A stretch of 64,000 nucleotides of DNA, from positions 71,871 to 135,870 of the forward strand of contig JBGSUI010000059.1 in NCBI GenBank assembly GCA_041736175.1, given 5' to 3'. The notes below the pieces were generated by a model, which had not been told where the DNA came from, searched no databases, and was given only the letters and a program-made list of their open reading frames with translations. Positions 31,615 to 42,183 of the stretch are shown here, piece after piece. Position 1 is the stretch's first letter; each line of letters begins with the position of its first letter. The position numbers and the translations under genes are program-made. The DNA is from Oligoflexales bacterium. Its GTDB lineage: Bacteria > Bdellovibrionota_B > Oligoflexia > Oligoflexales > CAIYRB01.

Positions 31615-32745
31615 ATGATTCGAAAAGCGAGGCGCCTGCTCGGCACTTCGGCGATCGGTCTCTTTGTTGGCCTCTGGCTGTTCGGTTGTTCCGGACAGCA
31701 GCAGGCGGACGAGGAGATTGAGGCATCCGAGCAGGGAGAACAAAGTGCCGAAGGGGAGGGACAGGAAGAGGGTCAGGGTAACAACCTGGCTGCTGGTGAG
31801 GGAAACAATGTGGCTGAAGGTGATGCAGGCGGTGGAGAAGCCGCCGCAGCTGGAGCGGAAGCCGCAACCGGGACGGAAAATGACCTCCAAGAAATCATTC
31901 AAGAGATGAACGGCCAACCAGCGCCCAACGGAGCCCAAAATGCTCCCTTAGCGCAAAACCTAGCTCCAGCAGCCCCGGCGACCACAGAAGCCCCGGCGAC
32001 TACAGAAGCCCCAGTAGCCAATGGTCCAGCCCCCCAAGGGTCAGCACCCATACCATTCCAGCCAGGTGGGGCGCCCGCTGGACAGGGTCTTCCCGAACTC
32101 GGGTCAAAGATGGCCTATATCGTCGAAAAGGGCGATACCTTAGGAAAGATCTCCCAAAAGATCTTTGGTAGTCCCGGAAGGTGGAAGGAATTGGCTGATT
32201 TTAGCGGGATTATCAATCCCAGCCGGATTTTTCCCGGAGATTTGGTGTACTACACCTTAGAGGAGAGTGCAGTCCCATTTGCGCAAGCTTATGAGGCAAC
32301 AAGTCGATCGGAAGAACAAGTAAAACCCGGTGACACTTTAGCGACCATAGCCAAAAGGGTTTATGGGACAACAACAGCATGGCGGTCCATTTGGCGCCAA
32401 AACGACAAAATTGATAACCCGGATATCGTACCTCCGGGAACCACAGTCTATTACCTCCCACAGGGTGCCGCGGTTGCAGCAGCCCAAAAAATTCAGACAA
32501 AAAATGTAACCACCAACTCAAAAACTGTAAAATCAATGAAATCTATAGCTAACAAAACCCAAAACGCCACGTTAAAGCCAACCACTGATACCAACAACAT
32601 TCACATCGAAGTATTAAACCAAACCACTGAACCAACTCAAACCTTTCAGGCCAATACCCAACTCGAAGCCTCATCCATTAAAAATCAAACCAATGAAGCA
32701 GCGGTATCTGAAACTTTTTTCGAATCCAGCCAACAGCTGATCTAA
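31615..32745 (+). CDS. Lipoprotein with two LysM peptidoglycan-binding domains
   Basis: Lipobox LFGC; YIVEKGDTLGKIS...NPSRIFPG and VKPGDTLATIA...NPDIVPPG; low-complexity linkers; AGGAGG RBS. Confidence 0.9.
   Translation: MIRKARRLLGTSAIGLFVGLWLFGCSGQQQADEEIEASEQGEQSAEGEGQEEGQGNNLAAGEGNNVAEGDAGGGEAAAAGAEAATGTENDLQEIIQEMNGQPAPNGAQNAPLAQNLAPAAPATTEAPATTEAPVANGPAPQGSAPIPFQPGGAPAGQGLPELGSKMAYIVEKGDTLGKISQKIFGSPGRWKELADFSGIINPSRIFPGDLVYYTLEESAVPFAQAYEATSRSEEQVKPGDTLATIAKRVYGTTTAWRSIWRQNDKIDNPDIVPPGTTVYYLPQGAAVAAAQKIQTKNVTTNSKTVKSMKSIANKTQNATLKPTTDTNNIHIEVLNQTTEPTQTFQANTQLEASSIKNQTNEAAVSETFFESSQQLI
31972..32012 (+). repeat. 18-bp in-frame tandem repeat (APATTE x2) in the LysM protein linker
   Basis: GCCCCGGCGACYACAGAA twice plus a partial third copy. 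Confidence 0.85.
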
Positions 32746-33194
32746 ACGATAAAAGCTCATGAGAATGAGCAAGTAAAAATAACGGCTGACACAAATGTTC
32801 CTAAAGTTAAGAGAGAATCCTACAACATGAATCTCTGGAAATTTAAGAAACATCAATGTCCACTTACGAAATCAAAGTAACGACCAAGAGAAAAAAAGAA
32901 ACAACACAGGTAAAAGAAACATAGTCTTCTGTAGTTTGGCACAAAGGCCTAGATCCAAATAACAGAAAACATAGTTTCTTTTTTGTTGCTACAACATCCC
33001 TTTTGAGTCTATTCACAGGCTTAGTCAAACAGTGTTTAATCAATTAAATCAGATAGTTAATATTGTTGAGGAGGCGACGCCTAGACTATGCTGGGCAAGG
33101 GCTTATCTTGGCTCTTAGCAGCTCTCCATCAAGAGTCCCTTGCGAAGAACGCCTCCAGTGAAGTAAGGTTCGACTCCGCTTAATAGGAGAGACC

Positions 33195-33557
33195 ATGCTT
33201 ACCAAATTTCTTACAACCTTGATGACAGAACATTTAGCCATCGCCCAAGAAGTGGCTGCATCCGCACCGCCTAAAGGCCCAAGTATGATGGAAGTCCTTA
33301 TTATGCCAGCAGGATTTCTGGTTATTATGTATTTTTTTATGATTCGACCCCAACAGAAAAAATCAAAAGATCATGCCGAGCTGTTGGCAAATCTCAAGTC
33401 AGGGGATGAAGTCGTCACTAGCGGTGGAATCATTGGAAAAGTAAAATCAGTGGCGGAAGGATTTGTATCTCTAGAAGTTTCACCCAATACCGTCATTAAG
33501 GTAATCAAGTCGAATGTTTCAGGATCGACCAAACAATCGAAAGACCTCGTAAAATAG
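33195..33557 (+). CDS. yajC: Preprotein translocase subunit YajC
   Basis: YFFMIRPQQKK, LKSGDEVVTSGGIIGKV. Confidence 0.95.
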   Translation: MLTKFLTTLMTEHLAIAQEVAASAPPKGPSMMEVLIMPAGFLVIMYFFMIRPQQKKSKDHAELLANLKSGDEVVTSGGIIGKVKSVAEGFVSLEVSPNTVIKVIKSNVSGSTKQSKDLVK

Positions 33558-33693
33558 TCGTCGGCCAAAAAGCCGCGATCAGCGCTCCCGACGATTCCAA
33601 AGTCTGACATCGGACCCAGCCTATGGGTTTTTGGACCTTACCCTTGAGACTGGGTATGATGTTTTCTAGAGCTGGTCATAAGAGGGGGGCAAA

Positions 33694-34719
33694 GTGAGTC
33701 AAATTCGAAGTTCTTTACATGGTGTTTGTAGAGTCTTGCTCAAGACGGTAGCCGTCGGAGCCCTCGCTCCTGGGGGTCTTTGGGGAGCAGACCTTGTGGG
33801 AGGACGACTCCCCGAGGAGTACGAATCCATGGGTGGTCACGGACTGAGTCTAAACAACGCCGCAGTAGCTTCCACTGATGGAGCAGCAGCCGTAAGGACC
33901 AATCCGTCGCTATTAGCGAAGCAAAAGTCTTATACGGTCACTGGTGGCTATCACTGGCCTACAGTGGGACGAGAGTTTTACCAGGCGGCGATCGTGGATG
34001 GGAAAACGTCCAAAATCGCGGCGGGATTTTCCTACACTTCATTTATGGAAGATTATAAGTATTACCGGATTGACGAACGATCTTCGCCGTGGGACTCGCC
34101 GATCACAAAACGTGCAGCTATCGGTGCGGGCCAAGGAATAATCGATGGATGGTTTTTAGGAATCGGAGCAACCTATATTGAATCATCGCCCCTTTGGAGT
34201 GACTTGGTCCTAAATCCAAATCAAATCGATAATCCAGAAAAACGCCGCGGTTTTGGAGTCAATTTTGGGATTTCTACAAACCTAGGTCAAAATATCGATT
34301 TGGGAGCTGCTATCGAAAATGCAACCAATCAAAAAATAAATAGTTACTTGCCTCAGACCATACGAGTCGGAGCAGCTTTTCGTTGGTTCCCAGAGGCCCA
34401 GTTTCTGATTGATTACAAACAAAGGGAGCGAGTACCGGAGTTTGAATCCAAACAGATGACAAGTCTAGAGGCTCTAACAACTCGAGAGAAATTGGCGCCA
34501 GAGCAGATGATTCTCGCTGGGGTAGAAGCACAGGCTTATGATGTTATTAGACTTTCAGGTTCTTATGGACATGCTTTGGGGGAGTATAAACGCTCCGTAG
34601 CAGCGGGAGTCGCTGTCGTAAACAGGGGATTTTCCATTGCATATGCATGGTCTAGACCTTTTTTAAATGAAGTGTCCACTCACCAAGCGGTAAGTTTAAG
34701 TTTAGATGTCACGATTTGA
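33694..34719 (+). CDS. Putative outer-membrane beta-barrel protein (PorV/FadL-like N-terminus)
   Basis: Signal-like N-terminus, SMGG...AVAS...NPSLLA plug-like motif, amphipathic beta-strand pattern. Confidence 0.55.
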   Translation: MSQIRSSLHGVCRVLLKTVAVGALAPGGLWGADLVGGRLPEEYESMGGHGLSLNNAAVASTDGAAAVRTNPSLLAKQKSYTVTGGYHWPTVGREFYQAAIVDGKTSKIAAGFSYTSFMEDYKYYRIDERSSPWDSPITKRAAIGAGQGIIDGWFLGIGATYIESSPLWSDLVLNPNQIDNPEKRRGFGVNFGISTNLGQNIDLGAAIENATNQKINSYLPQTIRVGAAFRWFPEAQFLIDYKQRERVPEFESKQMTSLEALTTREKLAPEQMILAGVEAQAYDVIRLSGSYGHALGEYKRSVAAGVAVVNRGFSIAYAWSRPFLNEVSTHQAVSLSLDVTI

Positions 34720-37336
34720 GGATAAAAAATTGATCGACGAGATGTTAGACAATGGACTTGAGGTGGTCCTTAAACCAAACCACTTTTCGCAAACGGTAGC
34801 GATCCAGCTTTGGGTTAAAGTGGGATCGTTAGATGAGACTGAGCATAATAGGGGTGCAGCGCATTTTTTAGAGCATATGCTCTTTAAAGGAACAAAGAAG
34901 AGGGGTGTAGGAGAAATTGCGGCACTTGTGGAGGAGTGCGGCGGTGAAATCAACGCATACACGACCTTTGATCATACGGTCATTCATCTAACCTTAGGGT
35001 CGACGCATCTGTCCTTGGGGATTGACCTACTTGCGGATGTATTTGGTGACAGCCAAATTTTAGAGGCTGAGTTTGCCAAGGAAAAAGAAGTGATCATAGA
35101 GGAAATCTTGCGCAGCCAAGATAGTCCTGGTGCAACTGTTGGCCGAAAGGTTTTTTCGCTGGCATTTGAGGGAACAGAGGCCGCGAGGCCTATTTTTGGT
35201 ACGCTTGATAGCGTCAAAAATCTTAAGAAAGAGGATGTCACAAAATTTTATAAGCACTGGTATGTTCCAAGCAATGCCATTTTAGTCGTGGTTGGCGCTT
35301 TAGAAGTAAATTCGACTTTAGACTTGATTCGAAAGACTTTTGGGACTATGCCCTCTCGATCGACTGTGCGCCGCGGGCGAACCGAAATCGATCGATCCAA
35401 TCAAAGCGGACGAAATAACGGCCAAGTTTCGGTTATTAAAGGGGATTTCCAGCAGCCACGCGTCGAGCTAGTATTCGCAGGACCCTCACTCGGGCATTTT
35501 GATACCGTGGCCTTGGATTTGGCAGCTTTTGCACTTGGCACTGGAGAGCTTTCGCGCCTTAATCGAAAAGTTCGTGATGAACTGGGGTTAGTTCAGTCCA
35601 TCGGTGCCTCTTTGTATGCACCGGCATTTGGCGGGTTGTTTGAAGTCAGTGCTTTTGTCAAAGAAGAGCAGCTACTTGATGCTATCGAAGCAATTCTTAG
35701 AGAAGTCATAAAGATACGTGATATTGAACCTATGACGATCGATGAACTCAGTCGAGCTAGGGCAAATATAAGCGCAGATCGGATCCTGAGGGATGAAACT
35801 GTCGATGGTGAGGCTCGGTCTATAGGTTTTGGAATGCTCACAAGACATAAAATGTTGTTTGATCAGGTCTATTCGACTTTGGTCGAATCGATGCCGCTGG
35901 TAGCGATTACAGGTGCGATTCGCAGATGGCTGATTCCGGAAACAGTCACGGTCGTAGTCCTTGTCAATCGGTCATCAAAGGTATCAGAAATAGACGTCAT
36001 CCAGACTCTTAGAAAGGTGAATGAAAATCCAGCAATTCGCGATCACCCTGTAAGGACCGATTCCCCCAAAAAGTCCCAGAATCCCACTGAGAAAGTGTCA
36101 ACCCTAAGCGACTATGAGATTATTCCGGGTCTTAGATTAGTCTATAAGCACCATCCAGAATCCCAGATATTCTCGTTAACGGCCGCCACTGAGGGAGGCT
36201 TGAGGGGTGAAACAGATAAGAATGCTGGTCTCTTCAACGCCATGGCGGCGATGTTAGCCACAGCGACCACTGTGGATGACCACGAGAGTTTTGTCAATAA
36301 AATAGAGGGTGTAGGCGCTAATATGGAGGGGTTCTCAGGGAAAGATTCCCTTGGGGTCCAACTTCAGTGCCTTCCAGAAAATATGCCAGAAATGATTTCG
36401 TTACTTAAAGATGCCATTTTGTATCCAGAATTTCCTAAAGAGCAGTGGTTGACTATATCAAGGGAGATCTTCCAATCGATTGAAACCCAGGAAGACTCAC
36501 CGGCTGGATTTTGTTTGCGAAAAATTCAGGAGTTTATCTACCAACAACACCCCTATCGATACCCCATTATGGGAACTAAAGAATCAGTTTTAGGATTTAA
36601 TGAAAGCCAACTTAAACAGGAATTTGTAAAATATCGCGATCAGGGGCCATGGGTTATCGCAGCTGTAGGGCCTATGGAAGCGAATCAAATGGTCCATCTT
36701 TTAAGGGAGATCTTTGCAGAATGGCGACTTAAGCCTGAAATGAGGACTTTTCCAGGAGATCGAGCGTGTCATTTAATGGAAAAGCTTCCTCGCCAAGCTA
36801 TAAAATTTACCAAAGATCGGGAGCAAACCCATATTGGATTTGGATTTAAAGGCATTCCATGGGGGGATTCCGATCGATATGCGCTGGATGTCCTCACAAA
36901 TATTTTAGGTGGTCACAGTGGTCGTCTGTTCCAGGCCCTAAGGGAAAAGGAGAGTCTTGCCTACACGGTGTCTCCTATCCTGTCCTATGGAAAAGTGATG
37001 GGAATTATTGCCAGCTATGTAGCAACAAGTCCCGAAAAAGCCGAAAAAGCACTTGCATCCTTGAAGAGCCAAGTGCTGGAACTCCGCGATATTGCACCCC
37101 ATCAAGATGAAGTGACCAGAGCAAAAAACTATATCATTGGTTCCCATGAAATGAGTCTTCAGCGGGGTGACGCCCAATCGAGCTCCATGGCTCTTATGGA
37201 AATCTATGGGTATGGTTATCGAGATCATTTGAGTTATCCAGAAGAAATCAGAAAAATTACCGCTGACGATGTCCTTCGGGTCGGAGCACGGTTGCTACAA
37301 TTAGATGAGTCCGTAGAAGTTATGGTCGGCAAGTAA
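34706..37336 (+). CDS. M16 (pitrilysin/insulinase family) zinc peptidase, two-module fusion
   Basis: HFLEH inverted zinc motif, NAYTTFDHT; the second module lacks HxxEH. Confidence 0.93.
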   Translation: MSRFEDKKLIDEMLDNGLEVVLKPNHFSQTVAIQLWVKVGSLDETEHNRGAAHFLEHMLFKGTKKRGVGEIAALVEECGGEINAYTTFDHTVIHLTLGSTHLSLGIDLLADVFGDSQILEAEFAKEKEVIIEEILRSQDSPGATVGRKVFSLAFEGTEAARPIFGTLDSVKNLKKEDVTKFYKHWYVPSNAILVVVGALEVNSTLDLIRKTFGTMPSRSTVRRGRTEIDRSNQSGRNNGQVSVIKGDFQQPRVELVFAGPSLGHFDTVALDLAAFALGTGELSRLNRKVRDELGLVQSIGASLYAPAFGGLFEVSAFVKEEQLLDAIEAILREVIKIRDIEPMTIDELSRARANISADRILRDETVDGEARSIGFGMLTRHKMLFDQVYSTLVESMPLVAITGAIRRWLIPETVTVVVLVNRSSKVSEIDVIQTLRKVNENPAIRDHPVRTDSPKKSQNPTEKVSTLSDYEIIPGLRLVYKHHPESQIFSLTAATEGGLRGETDKNAGLFNAMAAMLATATTVDDHESFVNKIEGVGANMEGFSGKDSLGVQLQCLPENMPEMISLLKDAILYPEFPKEQWLTISREIFQSIETQEDSPAGFCLRKIQEFIYQQHPYRYPIMGTKESVLGFNESQLKQEFVKYRDQGPWVIAAVGPMEANQMVHLLREIFAEWRLKPEMRTFPGDRACHLMEKLPRQAIKFTKDREQTHIGFGFKGIPWGDSDRYALDVLTNILGGHSGRLFQALREKESLAYTVSPILSYGKVMGIIASYVATSPEKAEKALASLKSQVLELRDIAPHQDEVTRAKNYIIGSHEMSLQRGDAQSSSMALMEIYGYGYRDHLSYPEEIRKITADDVLRVGARLLQLDESVEVMVGK

Positions 37337-37373
37337 TCTAGCCAAACTCAGAAACTTAAAGAAAAGATTATAT

Positions 37374-40202
37374 ATGTTAGGACCAATAGAAAAGTCACAT
37401 CGTATGTCCACAAAACCAACTGAATCGTCTTGTCCCCCGTTGGAGGGGCTGACCCCAATGATGCGTCAATACTATGGACTAAAGTCCCAATGCCAAGAAG
37501 CGATTCTGTTTTTTAGGATGGGAGATTTTTACGAGATCTTTGGGTCAGATGCAGAGGTGGTGGCACCGCTGCTCGATATTGTTTTGACGAGCAGAGATAA
37601 GGCACCCTTTGGGAAGGGATCCGGTGACAAAAGCAGTCAGGAACCGGTCCAGGCAAACGACCAAGGGACGGCAAATGGAAATAAAATACCTTTTTGTGGT
37701 GTTCCGCACCATAGCGCCCGAAATTATTGGTTGAAGCTTTTAAAACGCGGAATGAAGGTTGCTATCGCAGACCAAGTAGAAGATCCAGCGACCGCCAAAG
37801 GACTCGTAAAACGGGATATTATCAGGGTCTATACACCCGGACTGATCGATGACCTTGAAGGGTTAGATTCAGGGACTCCCAATTATCTTATGGCGATTCT
37901 CCAACTTCCAGGGGTCGTGGATTTATGGACCATCTTGGTTGTCGATGTCAGTACTGGAGAGCTTAGGCTTGGTAACATAAAAGAGTTTAAGGAAGTTTTA
38001 GAATTTATAAAAGTGACGCAGCCAAAAGAATTGTTGGTGAGGAAGTTCTTTGTCCCTGAGATCACTGCACAGTTAAAGAAACTTTATGGTGATATTGCAC
38101 CCGTTGTCGGTGATCTTCCTGAAGCAATCTTGAGGGACGAGCAGAGCCAAAAACAGATGATAGCAGAAGTGTTTGGGTCAAATGCTCTCAGTAACGGTCC
38201 TCAAGATCAAGGAGTCGAGGGGGGATCAGCAATTGTGGCTGCGGTGTTAGTGCATCTCAAAGGCCTAAAAGTCCCGCTCACATCCCTTATGCGGATTGGC
38301 CCTCTTTCAGATCCAGAGACGATGGTTCTTGATGATATAGCCATAAGAGATTTGGAGCTGTTTGAAACAACACGAAGAAGGCAAACGGAAGGGAGCTTTT
38401 TTAGGACCATTAATCAAACTTTAACGCCGATGGGTACGCGCCTTTTTCGTAGAAATCTTATCAGGCCATTGTTGTCTCAAACTCTCATTGAAAGCCGCCA
38501 AAATATCGTCGAGCAGTTAGTCCAATTTGGGGAAAGTAATCTTTCTGAATTTAGGCAAGCTCTTAAAGGTTGTCCTGATTTAGAGCGACTCAGTGTGCGG
38601 GTTGCTAATGGTTTGGCGTCACCTATGGATCTGGGGCGCCTTTCTCAAGCCTTGCAGCATTGTAAACAATTGTTCTCGGTTTTAAATAGACTTTTATCGA
38701 CCGAGGATTGCCAAAATCAAGGTCCCATCAAAAAAATGCTTGTTGAGCTTAACAGCGGTTTCGAAGTCTCAGATTTACTAAAGGGGGCCTTAGAAGATCA
38801 GCTAGGGCCGCTGGGATCGGGCAAGGGGGTCTTTAAGACGGGTTATGACGTAGATCTTGATAAAAAGAGACATTTTGTTTTTGCCGGAGAGGAGGTGATT
38901 TTTCAGTACCAAGAACGCCTCAAAGAGCAGACGGGAATCTCTAGTTTAAAGATAAAATTTCAAAAAAACTATGGCCACCTTATCGAGATTACGAAAACTC
39001 ATTCGACCAAGGTACCCACCTCTTTTATCAAACGACAGACGATGGTCAATGCCGAGAGGTATACGACTCCAGAGCTGCAAGAACTTTCCGAAAATATCGA
39101 AAATGCGCAGGTTCACTTTACCGATCGAGAGCGACAACTGTTTACAATGCTCAACCAAAAAGTTGCGGCCCAGTTGGAGGCAATCCAGCGTAGCTCAGAA
39201 ACTCTGGCCTATTTCGATATGCTGCATTCCTTTGCATGGCAGGCTCTCAAATTCCAATACTCTCGACCACGCATCGTAAAGAATGGAGGGCTGGTGTTGC
39301 GGGGGAGTCGCCATCCCGTCGTCGAGACCTTTATTGGCCAGCATGATTTTTTTGCCAATGATATTAATATAGTTGGCGATTATCGCCAGCTCTTGATCAC
39401 CGGACCAAATATGGCCGGAAAATCAACTCTGATGCGGCAAGTGGCCTTGACAGCGTTGATGGCACAAGTCGGATGTTTTGTGCCAGCAAAAAGCGCCGAA
39501 TTACCGATTTTTGACAGGATTTTTACCCGAGTTGGGGCATCTGATGATCTTGTTAAAGGGCAATCAACGTTTATGGTTGAGATGTCCGAGGCGGCTCATA
39601 TTCTAAAATGCGCGACAAAACGGAGTCTCGTGATTCTCGATGAGGTGGGGAGGGGTACATCCACCCAGGATGGCTTGGCCCTCGCAGCTGCGATCCTTGC
39701 TGATTTGTCCCAAAGAATTGGTTGTATGGCATTATTTGCAACTCACTATCGCGAGCTTGTAGACTTTGGTCATTCGTTGCCTTCAGTGCAGGCTGTGCAA
39801 ACGGAAGTGATCGAGAGGGGTGATGAAATCGTCTTTACCCATAGGCTTAAGCCAGGGGCTACAAGCAGCTCTTATGGAATCGAAGTAGCTAGGATCGCTG
39901 GAATTCCACCGATGGTTTTGGAGCAAGCCAAAAAAATAGCTTCGGAGTCCCATGAGGATAGGGAAAAGTCCACTTCAAAACTGTCCCCTAAGATCAAAAC
40001 CAACCAGCTACCTTTGCCATTAGAAGATCGAGGGGAGTTAGAGTTGATACCTTATAAGGTCACCCCAATAGAAAACGAGTGGATCGATAGGATTAAAAGG
40101 CTCAATCTGTACCGAATGACCCCTCTCCAGGCCTTAAATCTCTTAGCTGAACTTCAGACATCTCTGGAGGTCGTCTCTAAGCGATCAGAGCCATTGTTGT
40201 GA
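37374..40202 (+). CDS. mutS: DNA mismatch repair protein MutS
   Basis: TPMMRQY, FFRMGDFYE, TGPNMAGKST, GQSTFMVEM, DEVGRGTST. Start may be ATG 37404. Confidence 0.98.
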   Translation: MLGPIEKSHRMSTKPTESSCPPLEGLTPMMRQYYGLKSQCQEAILFFRMGDFYEIFGSDAEVVAPLLDIVLTSRDKAPFGKGSGDKSSQEPVQANDQGTANGNKIPFCGVPHHSARNYWLKLLKRGMKVAIADQVEDPATAKGLVKRDIIRVYTPGLIDDLEGLDSGTPNYLMAILQLPGVVDLWTILVVDVSTGELRLGNIKEFKEVLEFIKVTQPKELLVRKFFVPEITAQLKKLYGDIAPVVGDLPEAILRDEQSQKQMIAEVFGSNALSNGPQDQGVEGGSAIVAAVLVHLKGLKVPLTSLMRIGPLSDPETMVLDDIAIRDLELFETTRRRQTEGSFFRTINQTLTPMGTRLFRRNLIRPLLSQTLIESRQNIVEQLVQFGESNLSEFRQALKGCPDLERLSVRVANGLASPMDLGRLSQALQHCKQLFSVLNRLLSTEDCQNQGPIKKMLVELNSGFEVSDLLKGALEDQLGPLGSGKGVFKTGYDVDLDKKRHFVFAGEEVIFQYQERLKEQTGISSLKIKFQKNYGHLIEITKTHSTKVPTSFIKRQTMVNAERYTTPELQELSENIENAQVHFTDRERQLFTMLNQKVAAQLEAIQRSSETLAYFDMLHSFAWQALKFQYSRPRIVKNGGLVLRGSRHPVVETFIGQHDFFANDINIVGDYRQLLITGPNMAGKSTLMRQVALTALMAQVGCFVPAKSAELPIFDRIFTRVGASDDLVKGQSTFMVEMSEAAHILKCATKRSLVILDEVGRGTSTQDGLALAAAILADLSQRIGCMALFATHYRELVDFGHSLPSVQAVQTEVIERGDEIVFTHRLKPGATSSSYGIEVARIAGIPPMVLEQAKKIASESHEDREKSTSKLSPKIKTNQLPLPLEDRGELELIPYKVTPIENEWIDRIKRLNLYRMTPLQALNLLAELQTSLEVVSKRSEPLL

Positions 40203-40397
40203 TTGCAAGATGTGGTTTTTAGGTATATAGGTCCAATCCCTTGCAATTTGGATTCAAAATTAATAGACTATTGAGTTATCACAGGACCAATTAGGCGAGG
40301 GCTTTGGAGTTGCATGTTGTCAATGCGTGTGAGGGAATGCGACGGCCCGATAGTTATGGACGATGACGGTAGGTTATCCTCAGAAAAGGCAACGCTT

Positions 40398-41207
40398 ATG
40401 TCAAGTTCAGGTGCAAAGGCTCCTAAAAAAGGTATCAAAAAGAAGACAGTAAAATCGGCAAAATCATCAACTCCTGCAAAAAGAGAGGCTAAGGAAGCTT
40501 CTCGAGCAGGCCCAGCAGCGAGTCAAAAAACAAAAGCCGTGAACCAAAAAACTCAGACACCAATCAAAAAAGCGGAAAAAAAGCCACCCATCATGCCCAA
40601 GGTTCCTCCTAAGGGTGTTGATAAGTCAAATGAAAGGGTCGCCGATAAAATAACTGAAAAAATGGTATCTGGTAAAAAGCATAGCGAGGGATCTAAGGCA
40701 TCACTTGTCTCTAAGGGCACTGAATCGGCTCCAAAACAACTCCCCATTAAAGTAGAGCCAAAGATTATTGAAACTCAGGAGTTTGTCTATAGGGGGCGCG
40801 TTCTTGACGAGCAGCTCTTTACTAAGGAGGAGCTAGAAGTCTTTAGGGATCTTTTGATGAGCGAGCGCGGAAAGATTTTAGTCAAAGCCAAACGTGCTAT
40901 GGAAGATGGAAATATTCATATCGATAAAAATGAAATGTTTGATGAGGTCGATCAAGCGGCAGCAATGATTGACCAAAATCTTACATTTAGACTACTAGAC
41001 CGGGACCGGAAGTTGCTCCAAGAAATCGATCATGCCCTCGCTAAGCTTGATACTGGTGACTATGGCTACTGCGAAGGGACGGGAGAGCCGATTCCTAAAA
41101 GGCGTCTAGAACTCCGACCCTGGTGCCGTCACAGCGTTAAGTATAAGGAGCGCCTGGAGCGGATGAAGAAATCTGGTCGCGGAGTGGTTGATGAGGATGA
41201 GCTTTAG
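40398..41207 (+). CDS. dksA: DksA/TraR-family transcription factor with Lys-rich N-terminal extension
   Basis: DEVDQA coiled-coil tip and GDYGYCEGTGEPIPKRRLELRP. Start uncertain (40314-40398). Confidence 0.85.
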   Translation: MSSSGAKAPKKGIKKKTVKSAKSSTPAKREAKEASRAGPAASQKTKAVNQKTQTPIKKAEKKPPIMPKVPPKGVDKSNERVADKITEKMVSGKKHSEGSKASLVSKGTESAPKQLPIKVEPKIIETQEFVYRGRVLDEQLFTKEELEVFRDLLMSERGKILVKAKRAMEDGNIHIDKNEMFDEVDQAAAMIDQNLTFRLLDRDRKLLQEIDHALAKLDTGDYGYCEGTGEPIPKRRLELRPWCRHSVKYKERLERMKKSGRGVVDEDEL

Positions 41208-41257
41208 GACGGCTCACAAAGCCGCCTAAGGGTCTCAGCGGTGAGCGGACACGAGTC

Positions 41258-42103
41258 CTAAGGCTTGGTCAATTTTTGGCACTTAGGGCAAAAATAGGTC
41301 GCTCGCCCTCCTATTCGGAGCAGTGATATCGGGGTTTGACATCGGGGACATGGCTCAGAGTCTTTGCCATAAATGCAGAGTTCTGTTTTGAAATAGCCAG
41401 TTTCGCCATTGAGATGGACATAGTCTTTGATACTGGTTCCCCCAGCAAGAATGGCTTTGTTTAAGACGAGTTTGATTTTAGTGACCAGGGTCTTCCATTC
41501 GGGCATAGAAATATCTTTAGCTCGGCGGCACGGATGGATCCCCGATAGAAACAAAGATTCGTTAGCATAGATATTGCCAACGCCAACGAGATGTTTAGCG
41601 TTCATTATAAAAGTTTTGATTGCGACGATTTTACCCCTGCTCCTTTCGTATAGATTTTCGGCAAGTCGAGGGGTTGCTAATGGTTCGGGTCCAAGGTTTT
41701 TGAGCAGAGGATGCTCTTTGAGCTGGGTGTTCTTGATAAAATGGATGCTCCCAAAGCGTCTTGGATCGATATAGTGTAGGTAGCCAAACACCCGAGAGTT
41801 CTCTACAATCGTAAAGATTCCGTGAGTATGGGGTTTCGTAATCTGTTTGGATGGTAAGAATACTAGATTTCCACTCATTCCTAGGTGCATGATCAGGGCA
41901 TGCGCGTCCGTTAGTATAATCATGTACTTAGAACGTCTTTCTACGGAAAGAATGGTCTGGTTTGCAAATTTTTGTTGGAGTTCAACGATTGGGATTGGCC
42001 ATCTCAGATCGCTTCGACCAAACCAAAAATCGCTTAATTTTCGTCCTGGAAGAACCTTGTTAAGTGACGCCACTAAACATTCGACTTCGGGCAATTCTGG
42101 CAT
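41258..42103 (-). CDS. mutM: Formamidopyrimidine-DNA glycosylase Fpg
   Basis: MPELPEVE, HLGMSG, DPRRFG, GVGNIYANE, C-terminal CxxC-CxxC. Confidence 0.97.
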   Translation of the reverse strand: MPELPEVECLVASLNKVLPGRKLSDFWFGRSDLRWPIPIVELQQKFANQTILSVERRSKYMIILTDAHALIMHLGMSGNLVFLPSKQITKPHTHGIFTIVENSRVFGYLHYIDPRRFGSIHFIKNTQLKEHPLLKNLGPEPLATPRLAENLYERSRGKIVAIKTFIMNAKHLVGVGNIYANESLFLSGIHPCRRAKDISMPEWKTLVTKIKLVLNKAILAGGTSIKDYVHLNGETGYFKTELCIYGKDSEPCPRCQTPISLLRIGGRATYFCPKCQKLTKP

Positions 42104-42183
42104 CAAAACATCCCTTCCAGATTTAAGAATACCTCGAAGTTGGTCTATCGAGGCATCCCCAAAAAGTCAAGGGAAACAAAAGT

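Noticed and set aside
33161..33185. tRNA gene suggested by GGTTCGACTCC
   Set aside because: The T-stem pairs for only 2 bp; no acceptor stem, anticodon arm or CCA.
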